Positions 9,248-18,734 of a DNA stretch of 64,000 nt are shown here, piece by piece. The translations under genes and the position numbers were made by a program. This stretch comes from an uncultured Candidatus Saccharibacteria bacterium (GTDB lineage: Bacteria > Patescibacteriota > Minisyncoccia > Phycocordibacterales > UBA918): positions 79 through 64,078 of the forward strand of contig CAYRMI010000005.1 in assembly GCA_964425625.1 (NCBI GenBank), given 5' to 3'. Each line of letters opens with the position of its first letter. The stretch's first letter is position 1. The notes under the pieces are model-generated. The model was not told the origin of the DNA and ran no database searches. It saw only the letters and a program-made list of their open reading frames with translations.

Positions 9248-9611
9248 CAAAAGTTTTGCGGAGGGGTACCCTTTGCAGAAGTGGCGTCAATTGGGTTCTG
9301 TGGGGGGGCAGATTTATCCACTATTTTTATTTGGCGGGGAGGTAGGGTATACTGCAACCACTTCTGTTATGACCAAAGAAACTCTTGTATTTGTGACTGG
9401 AATGTTGCTTACCCTAATACCTTTTTTGGGTATTCCTGAAGCTTGGCGCCAGTATGCTGTGGCTGGACTGGGCTTCGTTCTTATTTTGATTGGTTATGCT
9501 TTGCGGCGAGCCGTCTATTTGGCCAAAATAGACAAAGGCAACGGCGAACGAGGCACGGATTCATTTGTGGAGACTACTGAGCCTCTTTTTAAGGATTCTG
9601 AGCTACAATAG
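9213..9611 (+). CDS. Hypothetical small membrane protein. The true start may be the internal Met at 9372.
   Basis: Two hydrophobic helices. The ORF as listed overlaps its upstream neighbour by 35 nt. Confidence 0.3.
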   Translation: MTKFFLSSFNSNKSFAEGYPLQKWRQLGSVGGQIYPLFLFGGEVGYTATTSVMTKETLVFVTGMLLTLIPFLGIPEAWRQYAVAGLGFVLILIGYALRRAVYLAKIDKGNGERGTDSFVETTEPLFKDSELQ

Positions 9612-9619
9612 CTCTATCT

Positions 9620-10960
9620 ATGTATAAATATGTCGGTTTCACCTTTGTTGGTATCGCCCTAATGGCGGGGGTGGCTAGTTATGCCTCTATTCCAAAAAGC
9701 GAACTAGTTTATGTACGCCCAACCAATTTAACCGTGGCTACAAATACTGAGTCAACCAAGATAAATCAAGCACCACCTGTGGTGGTGGATGATCGCCCGG
9801 TTATCACTCATGTGCCGCTTCCGCCTCAAGTGAAGGCAATCTACATGACTTCCTGTGTGGCTGGAACCAAAGATTTTCGTAACCGGTTAATCAAATTGAT
9901 CGAGGAAACCGAGATAAATAGTGTCGTGATTGACATCAAAGATTACTCCGGCACAATTTCTTTCCCGCCCGTCTCCGATCATTGGCAACCAGCTTGGCAA
10001 AACGCTCGATGTGGGGCTCATGACATGCAGGATTTGGTCGCCCTATTACATCAGAAAGAGGTGTTTGTGATTGGTCGTATTACCGTCTTCCAAGATCCCT
10101 TTTATGCGGAGAAGCATCCAGAGTTAGCAGTTTTGAAAGCTTCCAATGGAGCGGTCTGGCACGATGGAAAAGGTTTGTCATTTATTGATGTAGGAGCTAA
10201 GCCGTATTGGGACCATATTTTAGAGCTAGCAGTTAACGCCTATAATATTGGTTTTGATGAGGTTAATTTTGACTACGTACGCTACCCCAGTGATGGCAAT
10301 ATGAGCGACATCGCTTTTCCAAATAGCTTGGCTTCAGAGTACGGGGCTGATAAACAAGCCAATCTAGAAGCTTTCTTTAAGTATTTGACCGAAAGACTAG
10401 CGGACGAGAGTCTTTACATCTCAGTACGCCACGAAAACACCGGTCGAGCCTCTACTACTCCTTGGACTTCAGCCGATCTCTTTGGTATGACCACCACCAA
10501 TTTTGATGACTTATCTATCGGACAAGTACAAGATAGGACCGCTCCGTACTTTGATTTTGTGGCACCGATGGTCTATCCCTCGCATTACCCAAAGTCTTTT
10601 CTTGGTTTAGGTAATCCCAATGACTACCCATATAAGGTAGTAAATTATGCGATGCAGGCGGGGGTAAATCGCATGCTGGCCTCGACCACTCCGATGCAGG
10701 GTTTCTTACATGAACGGATAGGTATTTCCACTCCAGCCATCTATAGCAAACCAGTCTATACGGCTGATAAGTTTCGTACTTGGATTCAAGACTTTGATTA
10801 TGGTGGAGACTATGACGCGGCTGATGTGCGGGCCCAGATCCAAGCCAGCTATGACGCGGGGGTAATATCTTGGATGCTTTGGGCGCCGAGCAATATTTAC
10901 ACCAAGGAAGCTTTGTTGGCGCCGGGTATTTACGAAGTAGCCACCTCGACCCCAAGGTAA
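9620..10960 (+). CDS. Putative TIM-barrel glycoside hydrolase of the UPF0748/GHL10 (YngK-like, DUF4015) type. N-terminal membrane anchor.
   Basis: GFDEVNFDYVRYP motif. N-terminal hydrophobic segment. Confidence 0.45.
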   Translation: MYKYVGFTFVGIALMAGVASYASIPKSELVYVRPTNLTVATNTESTKINQAPPVVVDDRPVITHVPLPPQVKAIYMTSCVAGTKDFRNRLIKLIEETEINSVVIDIKDYSGTISFPPVSDHWQPAWQNARCGAHDMQDLVALLHQKEVFVIGRITVFQDPFYAEKHPELAVLKASNGAVWHDGKGLSFIDVGAKPYWDHILELAVNAYNIGFDEVNFDYVRYPSDGNMSDIAFPNSLASEYGADKQANLEAFFKYLTERLADESLYISVRHENTGRASTTPWTSADLFGMTTTNFDDLSIGQVQDRTAPYFDFVAPMVYPSHYPKSFLGLGNPNDYPYKVVNYAMQAGVNRMLASTTPMQGFLHERIGISTPAIYSKPVYTADKFRTWIQDFDYGGDYDAADVRAQIQASYDAGVISWMLWAPSNIYTKEALLAPGIYEVATSTPR

Positions 10961-11015
10961 CTTGGGTTGTGGCTAAGCTAGACTTTAGCCTAAGGTCATA
11001 CGGTATGATACTAGA

Positions 11016-12512
11016 ATGATGGAAGACGATTTTAAAGAGCGTCGGTTTTATGCTGTTAGCTATGAAGAAGATATTCCCAGACTTGGAAATGGGATGCTAA
11101 TTCCGTACAAAAAAAAGGAGTTAGTAAAAAGGCCGACTTACACCCAAGCACTAATAAAATATGTCGCCCCGGCGGTGGTTTCGGTCACGGCTATATTGTT
11201 TGCCGTCACTCTGGGCACAATTGGAGTAGAGACTTATGCCAAGTACAATGTCGCCTCACTACCAACGGTGTCGGTAATAAATCCACTCACCAATGAAGTG
11301 AAACCCCTCAACTATGGTGTGCAGGTAGCCATGAGTCAACCAAGCTTTTTTGCTGAGACTAGGGATGCCTTTATAGATGAAGCGATTACTTTTATTGAGG
11401 CCGACCTGACAGCTATGACGCTCCGATATTTTGAAGAAGGAGTATTAGTAGAGAGTATACCGATTATAAGTAAAGGTAAGGAAGGCTCTTGGTGGGAAAC
11501 ACCGGCTGGTTTGTACAAAATTGAATTCAAAAAAGAAAATCACTTTTCGTCTTTTGGTCAAGTTTATCAACCATGGAGTATGGCTTTTCAGGGTAATTTC
11601 TTTATCCATGGTTGGCCCGAGTATCCCGATGGCAAACCGGTGCCAACTGGTTTTTCCGGCGGTTGTATCCGCCTTGATAACGAGAGTGCCGAGCGTATTT
11701 ATAATTTAGTCAAAGTCGGTATACCCGTCTTGGTACACGAACTGGAGGAGAAGGAAGAAACTTTTTTGTATGAACCAAAAATTCCTGAACTTGAAACACC
11801 GCATTATCTGATTGCCGATGTCGAGAGTAGTACAGTTTTGGCCGCGAGTGATTTGGATGACGTGGCACCGATTGCTTCCATCACTAAGCTCATGACCGCA
11901 TTGGTGGCGGCTGAGTATATAAATCTTGATAATAACGTGTCAGTTACACAACCGACCTTTGTTGAGTCGCTGGTCCCGCGACTTGGTGACCGTACCAAAG
12001 TATCGATGTATAGCCTACTCCAACTACTTTTGGTTGAATCTTCCAATGAGGCTTCAGAAGTGATTGCCGCCCAGCTAGGCCGAGAAAAGTTCATCGCGCT
12101 CATGAACGAAAAAGCCAAAGCAATTGGTCTTTCAAAGACGGTCTTTGCTGACCCTTCTGGCTTATCGGCCGAAAATATTTCTACCGTTAGTGACTTACTT
12201 CGTCTCACCCAATATATCTTCACTAACCGGCGGTTTATCTTTGACCTGACGGCCAACCAAAATTTAAAGACCGCTTACGTCAGTGGGGAATTTGGCGAGT
12301 TACTCAATTTTAATAAAGTCGAATCACTCGACAACTTTATTGGTGGAAAGGTGGGAGAAACAATCGCTGCCGGACAAACCTCAGTGACTCTACACCGACT
12401 GCCGGTCAAAGGAGAGAACCGTACTCTGGCCATTGTTATCCTAGGCTCAGTCAATCGCAACGACGATGTAAATGAACTTTATCAGTATGCGGTAGAAAGA
12501 TTTTCTCGATAG
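11016..12512 (+). CDS. Fusion protein. N-terminal YkuD L,D-transpeptidase domain and C-terminal S11 D-Ala-D-Ala carboxypeptidase (PBP5-like) domain.
   Basis: HGWPEY...SGGCIRL (Ldt catalytic His/Cys). SITKLMTA (SxxK) and SSNEAS (SxN) in the C-terminal half. Membrane anchor near the N-terminus. Confidence 0.7.
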   Translation: MMEDDFKERRFYAVSYEEDIPRLGNGMLIPYKKKELVKRPTYTQALIKYVAPAVVSVTAILFAVTLGTIGVETYAKYNVASLPTVSVINPLTNEVKPLNYGVQVAMSQPSFFAETRDAFIDEAITFIEADLTAMTLRYFEEGVLVESIPIISKGKEGSWWETPAGLYKIEFKKENHFSSFGQVYQPWSMAFQGNFFIHGWPEYPDGKPVPTGFSGGCIRLDNESAERIYNLVKVGIPVLVHELEEKEETFLYEPKIPELETPHYLIADVESSTVLAASDLDDVAPIASITKLMTALVAAEYINLDNNVSVTQPTFVESLVPRLGDRTKVSMYSLLQLLLVESSNEASEVIAAQLGREKFIALMNEKAKAIGLSKTVFADPSGLSAENISTVSDLLRLTQYIFTNRRFIFDLTANQNLKTAYVSGEFGELLNFNKVESLDNFIGGKVGETIAAGQTSVTLHRLPVKGENRTLAIVILGSVNRNDDVNELYQYAVERFSR

Positions 12513-12526
12513 TTATAAACAAAAAC

Positions 12527-12604
12527 CCTAAAAAGGCCTCGGGCTAGCCCGAGGCCTTTTTAGGGTTTTCTTAAGCCCCAGTGCCATCAGGCACTGGGGC
12601 TTTT
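12527..12604 (+). terminator. Two tandem rho-independent terminators.
   Basis: AAAAGGCCTCGGGCTAGCCCGAGGCCTTTTT and GCCCCAGTGCCATCAGGCACTGGGGCTTTTG. Confidence 0.75.
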
Positions 12605-12630
12605 GTTTGCTATACTATAGGGACTAATTT

Positions 12631-14832
12631 ATGAGCTTTGATCCTGAGAAAATTACTTTCTTTGCCAAGACCGATGCGCGGGGTGGGCAAGTGCCTTTTG
12701 GTATCAAAGCCCGTGATCGACAACGTCATATGTATGTGGTGGGTAAGACGGGTATGGGTAAGTCGACGCTCTTGGAAAATATGGCAGCGCAGGATATTCA
12801 AAACGGTGAAGGGATGGCTTTTATCGATCCCCATGGTTCGGCGGCCGAGACTTTGCTTGACTACGTACCAGAGCATCGAGTAAATGACGTTATTTATTTT
12901 GCGCCATTTGATTTAGCTAATCCAATTTCTTTCAACGTGATGGAAGACGTCGGTCCCGATAAGCGTCACTTGGTGGTATCTGGCCTCATGTCAACCTTTA
13001 AAAAGATTTGGGTCGATGCCTGGAGTGCGCGTATGGAATACATCCTCACTAACGCACTTTTGGCTTTGATTGAATATCCTGATACCACTCTACTCTCAGT
13101 CAATCGACTCTTCTCGGATAAGGCCTACCGCAACCAAGTAGTAGCTTATATCAAAGACCCAGCCGTTAAGGCTTTTTGGACGGAGGAGTTTGCTAATTAC
13201 ACTGATCGCTTTGCCGCCGAAGCCTTGCCCGCTATCCAAAATAAGATTGGTCAGTTTACCGGCAACCCACTGATTCGTAATATCATCGGTCAACCGCATT
13301 CGAGTTTTGATATCCGTAAAATCATGGATGAGAAGAAGATTCTCATCATGAACTTGTCTAAAGGTTTGGTAGGGGAGACTAATGCCAACCTACTTGGTTC
13401 GATGCTCACTACGCGTATCTACCTAGCCGCCATGAGTCGAGCTGATTTGCCGGTGGAGCAAATGCGCACTATGCCGAACTTTTATTTCTACGTCGATGAA
13501 TTTCAGTCTTTTGCCAACGCTACCTTTGCCAACATCCTCTCAGAGGCACGAAAGTACCATCTCAACCTTATCATCGCGCACCAGTACATCGCGCAGATGG
13601 AAGAAGAGGTACGCGATGCGGTCTTTGGTAACGTTGGTACGACCGTCGCTTTTCGCGTTGGTCCATTTGATGCCGAGGTCCTCGAGACAGTCTTTACTCC
13701 GCGCTTTTTGGCGGCCGATTTGGTAAACCTCGGCTTCGCGCAGATTTATCTCACACTTATGATAGACGGTATTGGTTCCCAGCCTTTTTCGGCGGTTACC
13801 TTACCACCGGTAGAGCACCCACACGTGTCTTGCAAGGATATGGTAATAGCGGCCAGTCGGCGTAATTACACTAAGTCACGCGAGGTAGTGGAAGATTTGG
13901 TGATGAAGCTCCATACTCCAGTGGTAGAAGAAAAGCCCCCAGCCAAGAAAAAACCAGAAGTTCAAAATAATGCAAGACCAATAGAACAGCGACCAGCTGA
14001 AAAAAGAAGTGATATGTCCCAACGGTCAGAGCGCTTCACCCCAGTGCCAACTAGTATCGTACCGCCATCCAGTAAGTCACCGATACCAACCGCTTATACT
14101 GGAAACGAACGCCGGTCTGAAGAAGGTCAAACCAACCCTCGGGCTAACTTCCTTATGACCGAGCGTCGCACCGAGAGAGCTGGAGATAAACCATCTGCTG
14201 TACCAGCAACCCAGCGTCAAAACGAAAGATTAGAAGTTACTCGCACAGATTTGCCTATATCAGAACGTCGTGCTGACCGACCAGAAAATCGTCACAAAGA
14301 TACGCCTAACGGAGAACATCGCTCTGACCGTCCGCGGTTTGATAAACCAAGGGAGGAAAAACGTCATAGCGATAGACCAGCTTTAGCTGACCTAAAAGCC
14401 GTACTAGCTTCTATCAGCGCCGGAGAAAATAAAAAGCCAACCGATAATAAGATAGAACAATCAGACATAAAACCAAAATCAGAAGGGGGAGAAAATAAAG
14501 CTCCAGTAGCTAAAGCCGAGCTAGCATCGGTTTTGGCTAAGGTAACGAGTGCTAACGGAAACACCATCCAACCCAATCATTCGGCGCTGGTGACCAAATT
14601 GGTGGTGCAAGAAAAGCGAAACAATACCTTGTCACAAAAACAAGAAACTTCAGAAATAAAGGCGGATACCGCAGTCGCCAAAGCTGAGCTCGCCCGGATG
14701 GTAGCTGAAACCGAAGAGGCTTTCAAAAATTTAGAAAATTCAGCGCCACCGGCTGACGATCCTTTGGCGCCTAAAAAAATTGAAAAAATGTTCCGCCAGC
14801 CGAGCAATGAACGCTCACCCTTTGCCACTTAA
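12631..14832 (+). CDS. Soluble P-loop ATPase of the TraG/TraD/VirD4 coupling-protein-like (AAA_10/TraM-recognition) family. It has a ~300-aa low-complexity, charged, repeat-rich C-terminal tail.
   Basis: Walker A VVGKTGMGKST, FIDPHG block, Walker B FYVDEFQ and IIAHQ. The C-terminal third is rich in ER/RR/KP repeats. No N-terminal TM. Confidence 0.5.
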   Translation: MSFDPEKITFFAKTDARGGQVPFGIKARDRQRHMYVVGKTGMGKSTLLENMAAQDIQNGEGMAFIDPHGSAAETLLDYVPEHRVNDVIYFAPFDLANPISFNVMEDVGPDKRHLVVSGLMSTFKKIWVDAWSARMEYILTNALLALIEYPDTTLLSVNRLFSDKAYRNQVVAYIKDPAVKAFWTEEFANYTDRFAAEALPAIQNKIGQFTGNPLIRNIIGQPHSSFDIRKIMDEKKILIMNLSKGLVGETNANLLGSMLTTRIYLAAMSRADLPVEQMRTMPNFYFYVDEFQSFANATFANILSEARKYHLNLIIAHQYIAQMEEEVRDAVFGNVGTTVAFRVGPFDAEVLETVFTPRFLAADLVNLGFAQIYLTLMIDGIGSQPFSAVTLPPVEHPHVSCKDMVIAASRRNYTKSREVVEDLVMKLHTPVVEEKPPAKKKPEVQNNARPIEQRPAEKRSDMSQRSERFTPVPTSIVPPSSKSPIPTAYTGNERRSEEGQTNPRANFLMTERRTERAGDKPSAVPATQRQNERLEVTRTDLPISERRADRPENRHKDTPNGEHRSDRPRFDKPREEKRHSDRPALADLKAVLASISAGENKKPTDNKIEQSDIKPKSEGGENKAPVAKAELASVLAKVTSANGNTIQPNHSALVTKLVVQEKRNNTLSQKQETSEIKADTAVAKAELARMVAETEEAFKNLENSAPPADDPLAPKKIEKMFRQPSNERSPFAT

Positions 14833-14841
14833 GCTACCTCT

Positions 14842-16290
14842 ATGCGCCACTTCGCCCTCACTCTAGTAATCGGTTACCTTTTCCTTCCAAGTTTAGTATC
14901 GGCTTCAGTGACCATCAACGAAGTGGCTTGGATGGGAGACTTGGTTTCGGCCAATCATGAATGGATTGAGTTATACAACAGTGGTTACTCAGCCTTTAGT
15001 TTAAGTGGCTTTACACTGAGCGATGGGATGAATTTAGCTATCAATTTAGAAGGTGAAATCGGAGCCAATCAATACGCTGTTTTGGAGCGCACCAGTGATG
15101 AGTCAGCGTCTGGCTTAGCTTGGCTGATTTACACTGGGGCCTTAGTCAATACCGGAGCGACATTACAACTTCGTGACGCCCAGGGTCAAACCGTTGATCA
15201 GGTGGCCGGAGGAGAAAACTGGGAGGGTATTGGTGGCGACAACCTTACTAAAGAAACGGCCCAATACACCACTTCTGGTTGGGTGACAGATACGCCAACT
15301 CCCGGTAGTAAAAATAACAGTGGTCAAGCTGAAGCGGTGCCAGAAGCAGAAGAAAATGTTACTGCTACCAAAACCAAGAGCCCATCTGGTACATCGGGTG
15401 TGGTAACTAAAAGCAAAAGTAATTCTAGTGGCCAGACGGTGTTGCTACGTAATGCCGACAGTGAGCTATCGCTTAGTGTCTCTGGTCAGACCGTGGCTTA
15501 TGTCAATCAACCAATCTCCTTTACCGTCACCCCTTCCGGTATTGGCGATACTATAAGTGCTTCGCTCGTATATACCTGGAATTTTGGTGATACTTATACT
15601 GCTATCGGTACAAAAGCCAATCATCAGTACAACTATCCCGGTACTTATGTAGTGACAGTAGTGGGGAAGTACGCCAAACACAACCAAGTAGCCAGGCATG
15701 AAATAACCGTCTTACCGGTGACCGTTTCGCTAACTAGAAATGAGGCTGGTGATATACAGCTACACAACAACGCACCATACGATATTGACGTCTCTGGCTA
15801 CCGCTTAGCTGGTATTAAAACAGTAGAGTTGCCACCGCTCTCAATTATCTTACCTAAAGGAACAATTACTGTCGCCAGTAAGAGACTTGAAGATAAACCA
15901 AGAGGTAGTCTAGTGGCTCTATATGACAACACTCGCTCTCTGATTACTTCGCTTCCGTACACGATCGGCAGAGATAGAGAATTTATTCCCCGGGTCATGG
16001 CGGAAGCACCGGCACCGGTTACCAATCAACCACCTACCGGCGAAGTGTCGCTAGTTCCGACAACTCCAGTAGTGGCCGTTACGTCCTTGACCGAGAATTT
16101 CCAACTTGCGACAACCGTTGACCCGTTGGTTTTAGGTCAAATTAAACAAAGAGAGGAAGCCACCCCGGATAGTAATAAGTCCAAGAATTGGCGTTCTTAC
16201 GGGGCTTTTCTGGCTCTGCTACTATTTGCTGTTTTTGTGATAATGATTTTGCCTCGGGAGCCAAAAGCCCTGTCGTCACCAATTGTCTAA
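14842..16290 (+). CDS. Cell-surface protein. Signal peptide, two lamin-tail-domain (LTD) modules, a central PKD-like domain and a C-terminal TM anchor.
   Basis: INEVAW...EWIELYN...LSGFTLSD (LTD). WNFGDTYT...HQYNYPGTYVVTV (PKD). C-terminal hydrophobic helix. Confidence 0.6.
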   Translation: MRHFALTLVIGYLFLPSLVSASVTINEVAWMGDLVSANHEWIELYNSGYSAFSLSGFTLSDGMNLAINLEGEIGANQYAVLERTSDESASGLAWLIYTGALVNTGATLQLRDAQGQTVDQVAGGENWEGIGGDNLTKETAQYTTSGWVTDTPTPGSKNNSGQAEAVPEAEENVTATKTKSPSGTSGVVTKSKSNSSGQTVLLRNADSELSLSVSGQTVAYVNQPISFTVTPSGIGDTISASLVYTWNFGDTYTAIGTKANHQYNYPGTYVVTVVGKYAKHNQVARHEITVLPVTVSLTRNEAGDIQLHNNAPYDIDVSGYRLAGIKTVELPPLSIILPKGTITVASKRLEDKPRGSLVALYDNTRSLITSLPYTIGRDREFIPRVMAEAPAPVTNQPPTGEVSLVPTTPVVAVTSLTENFQLATTVDPLVLGQIKQREEATPDSNKSKNWRSYGAFLALLLFAVFVIMILPREPKALSSPIV

Positions 16291-17311
16291 TCCTGTCGTT
16301 ATAACAAAAATGGATAAAAAGGAAATAGTGGTCGTCGGTGGTGGTACCGGTACCCATACCATTTTGCGCGGGCTAAAGCGTTACAGTGAAGAATTTAACC
16401 TCACAGCCATTGTCAGTATGGCAGATTCGGGGGGCTCAACGGGGCGGTTGCGTGACGAATTTGGACAGTTGCCCACTGGCGATGTTCGCAATGCTCTCAC
16501 TGCCTTGGCAGCCGAAGGTGAGACTTATAGCGATATCCTTCGACAGCTATTTCTCTATCGTTTCAGTCGTGGAGAGGGTCTGTATGGTCATAATTTTGGT
16601 AATTTATTTTTGACGGTATTGACGGATATTTTGGGTAGTGAAGTTTTGGCTATAGAAGCCGCTTCACGGATTTTGCGCATCGCGGGTCAGGTGATACCTG
16701 TGACCACCGACAACGTGCACCTGCGGGCGACTTATGCTGATGGTCAGGTGGTGGTAGGTGAGAATGATATCGATGAATGGGAAGACGAGTCAAGAAAAGC
16801 TGTGCGTATTACTGAATTATCGCTTATGCCAAGAGCTAGTCTAAATCCGGTGGCCAGGGAAGCGCTACTTAAAGCCGATCTTATTGTCTTGGGGCCTGGC
16901 GATCTCTATACTAGTATTTTAGCTAACTGTGTGGTTGATGGTTTTGCCGAAGCAGTACAATCTTCTAGGGCCACTTTGATTTATGTGTGCAACCTTATGT
17001 CTAGAGCTGGTCAGACTGTCGGAATGAATGCGCAGGAGCATCTAGATGAAATAATTCGCTACGTAGGTAAGGCACCAGTGGCTATGCTTCTAAATTCGGA
17101 TCCGCTACCGGTTGATTTGTTGGCTAAGTACAAAATGGCTGGGGATCATCAGGTTTTAAATAATTGCCAAATGGGACAAATAAAAATTGTTGAGTTACCT
17201 TTACTGACCGAGGAAACTATCGTGAGTGTGAGTGGTGACGCTCTCACGCGCAGTCTGATTCGCCATGACCCACATAAGCTAGCTAAAGCGATTAGAGATT
17301 TTGTGCGCTAG
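16283..17311 (+). CDS. Gluconeogenesis factor / UPF0052 YvcK (CofD-like) family protein.
   Basis: VVVGGGTGTHTILRGL and AIVSMADSGGSTGRLRDEFG motifs. Confidence 0.8.
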   Translation: MSNPVVITKMDKKEIVVVGGGTGTHTILRGLKRYSEEFNLTAIVSMADSGGSTGRLRDEFGQLPTGDVRNALTALAAEGETYSDILRQLFLYRFSRGEGLYGHNFGNLFLTVLTDILGSEVLAIEAASRILRIAGQVIPVTTDNVHLRATYADGQVVVGENDIDEWEDESRKAVRITELSLMPRASLNPVAREALLKADLIVLGPGDLYTSILANCVVDGFAEAVQSSRATLIYVCNLMSRAGQTVGMNAQEHLDEIIRYVGKAPVAMLLNSDPLPVDLLAKYKMAGDHQVLNNCQMGQIKIVELPLLTEETIVSVSGDALTRSLIRHDPHKLAKAIRDFVR

Positions 17312-17376
17312 AATTTTATTTCTATCCCACAGCTGATTCGTACATTTGCTATTTATCACGGTATACTATATGTGAT

Positions 17377-18726
17377 ATGGCTCGTCGAGATCTTTTACGT
17401 ACCGACGCTTCTGATTATGAACGCTCGGGTCTAGAATATGCGCTCAGAAAAGACCGCCAGCGCGAAGACAAAACCAAGTATGTCTCTGTAGAGGAGGCTC
17501 TTAATGATGATGCTGTCTACCAAGTTACTTCTAATCGAGAGGTTACTAGAGTTTTGTTTATTTCCCGTGACGAGTCTTTACTTAACCCCTCCCAACAGTC
17601 GCTTGATGGTTATACCAATTTAGCTGATTTGTTTGATGAGGTGCATATTTTGATTTTACGTAAGGGCATTCCCCCTAAGTCGCCAGTGATGCGAGTAGCC
17701 GAAAATGTTTGGATTTATACTGCCACAGATTATAATTGGTGGTGGACGCCAGTAGCCGGTTGGAAACTGGCAGTCAATCAACTAGTTTTTGCTGAAGGTT
17801 TTCGACCAGATTTAATCGTGGCGCGAGATCCTTTTGAATCGGCTCTTTTGGCGTGGTATTTAAGTTATAAGTATGGCAAACCTTACCAGGTTCACGTTCT
17901 TGAAAACTACTTAAACGAGGATTTTTTGCTGATAAAAAATAATCGTTGGCGTCGTTACCTAGCAAATTTTATTTTAAAAAGAAGCAAGAGTGTACGTACT
18001 AACACGCGAGCTATTTATGACTGCTTAGCCAAAAAATTCCCGATTTTAGATTTAGCGCTTCTGCCAAGGTTTAATAATTATGAGGCCCTAATCAAAACCG
18101 GGCAAACAATTGATTTAAAGCAAAAGTACAAGCCATTTGTTTTTACTATACTCTACGTTGGGCGACTAAATCACGACGCAGCTTTTACTACTGCTATTGA
18201 TAGCGTACGTTTTGGTCTGCGTAACCCACACTTGGGTTTGATAGTGATTGGTGATGGAAATGCGCAAAAAGAGTTTGCGCAAAGAGCTGAGATGCTCAAG
18301 ATACGTGAGCAGGTAGTCTTTGAAACAAAATTACCTGAAAGTGATATCGTACCTTACCTTAAATCGGCCAATGTACTGATTGTGCCTGATACCAACGCCG
18401 AAAGTGAAGAGATTGTACTCAAGGGCGCGGCGGCTGGTATTCCGCTTATTTTGGCGCGGACGCCAGCGCGTGAAGATATTTTTATTGATGGTGAATCGGC
18501 TCTTTTGTGTGAGCCGGGCTCAACTGATGACTTCAGTCTTAAGTTAAATATTTTACTTAACGACGTGATCTTGCGCCGACAGATGGTCGAGGCAGCTCAA
18601 GATATGATTAGGAATAAATTTCATGAAAATCGCGATGAGTATGAACAAGCCTATCGAGATAGTATTGAACAAGTGCTATTCTTAGCCGATCTTAGCCAAG
18701 AACCAGTTCCCGAAATAAAGACCTAA
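17377..18726 (+). CDS. GT-B glycosyltransferase, family 4-like.
   Basis: C-terminal ESEEIVLKGAAAGIPLI resembles the EX7E/GT4 donor-binding motif. Confidence 0.55.
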   Translation: MARRDLLRTDASDYERSGLEYALRKDRQREDKTKYVSVEEALNDDAVYQVTSNREVTRVLFISRDESLLNPSQQSLDGYTNLADLFDEVHILILRKGIPPKSPVMRVAENVWIYTATDYNWWWTPVAGWKLAVNQLVFAEGFRPDLIVARDPFESALLAWYLSYKYGKPYQVHVLENYLNEDFLLIKNNRWRRYLANFILKRSKSVRTNTRAIYDCLAKKFPILDLALLPRFNNYEALIKTGQTIDLKQKYKPFVFTILYVGRLNHDAAFTTAIDSVRFGLRNPHLGLIVIGDGNAQKEFAQRAEMLKIREQVVFETKLPESDIVPYLKSANVLIVPDTNAESEEIVLKGAAAGIPLILARTPAREDIFIDGESALLCEPGSTDDFSLKLNILLNDVILRRQMVEAAQDMIRNKFHENRDEYEQAYRDSIEQVLFLADLSQEPVPEIKT

Positions 18727-18734
18727 TTTTTATT

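Noticed and set aside
10515-10955. 146-aa antisense ORF in the GHL10-like gene.
   Set aside because: Antisense to a supported gene. Low-complexity composition.
11804-12256. 150-aa antisense ORF within the Ldt/carboxypeptidase fusion gene.
   Set aside because: The sense gene carries clear catalytic motifs. The antisense ORF is Ser/Ala-rich with no signals.
12638-12883. 81-aa alternative-frame ORF at the start of the T4CP-like gene.
   Set aside because: It overlaps the Walker A-encoding frame of the supported gene.
16386-16613. 75-aa internal ORF within the yvcK-like gene.
   Set aside because: An alternative frame inside a gene with conserved motifs.
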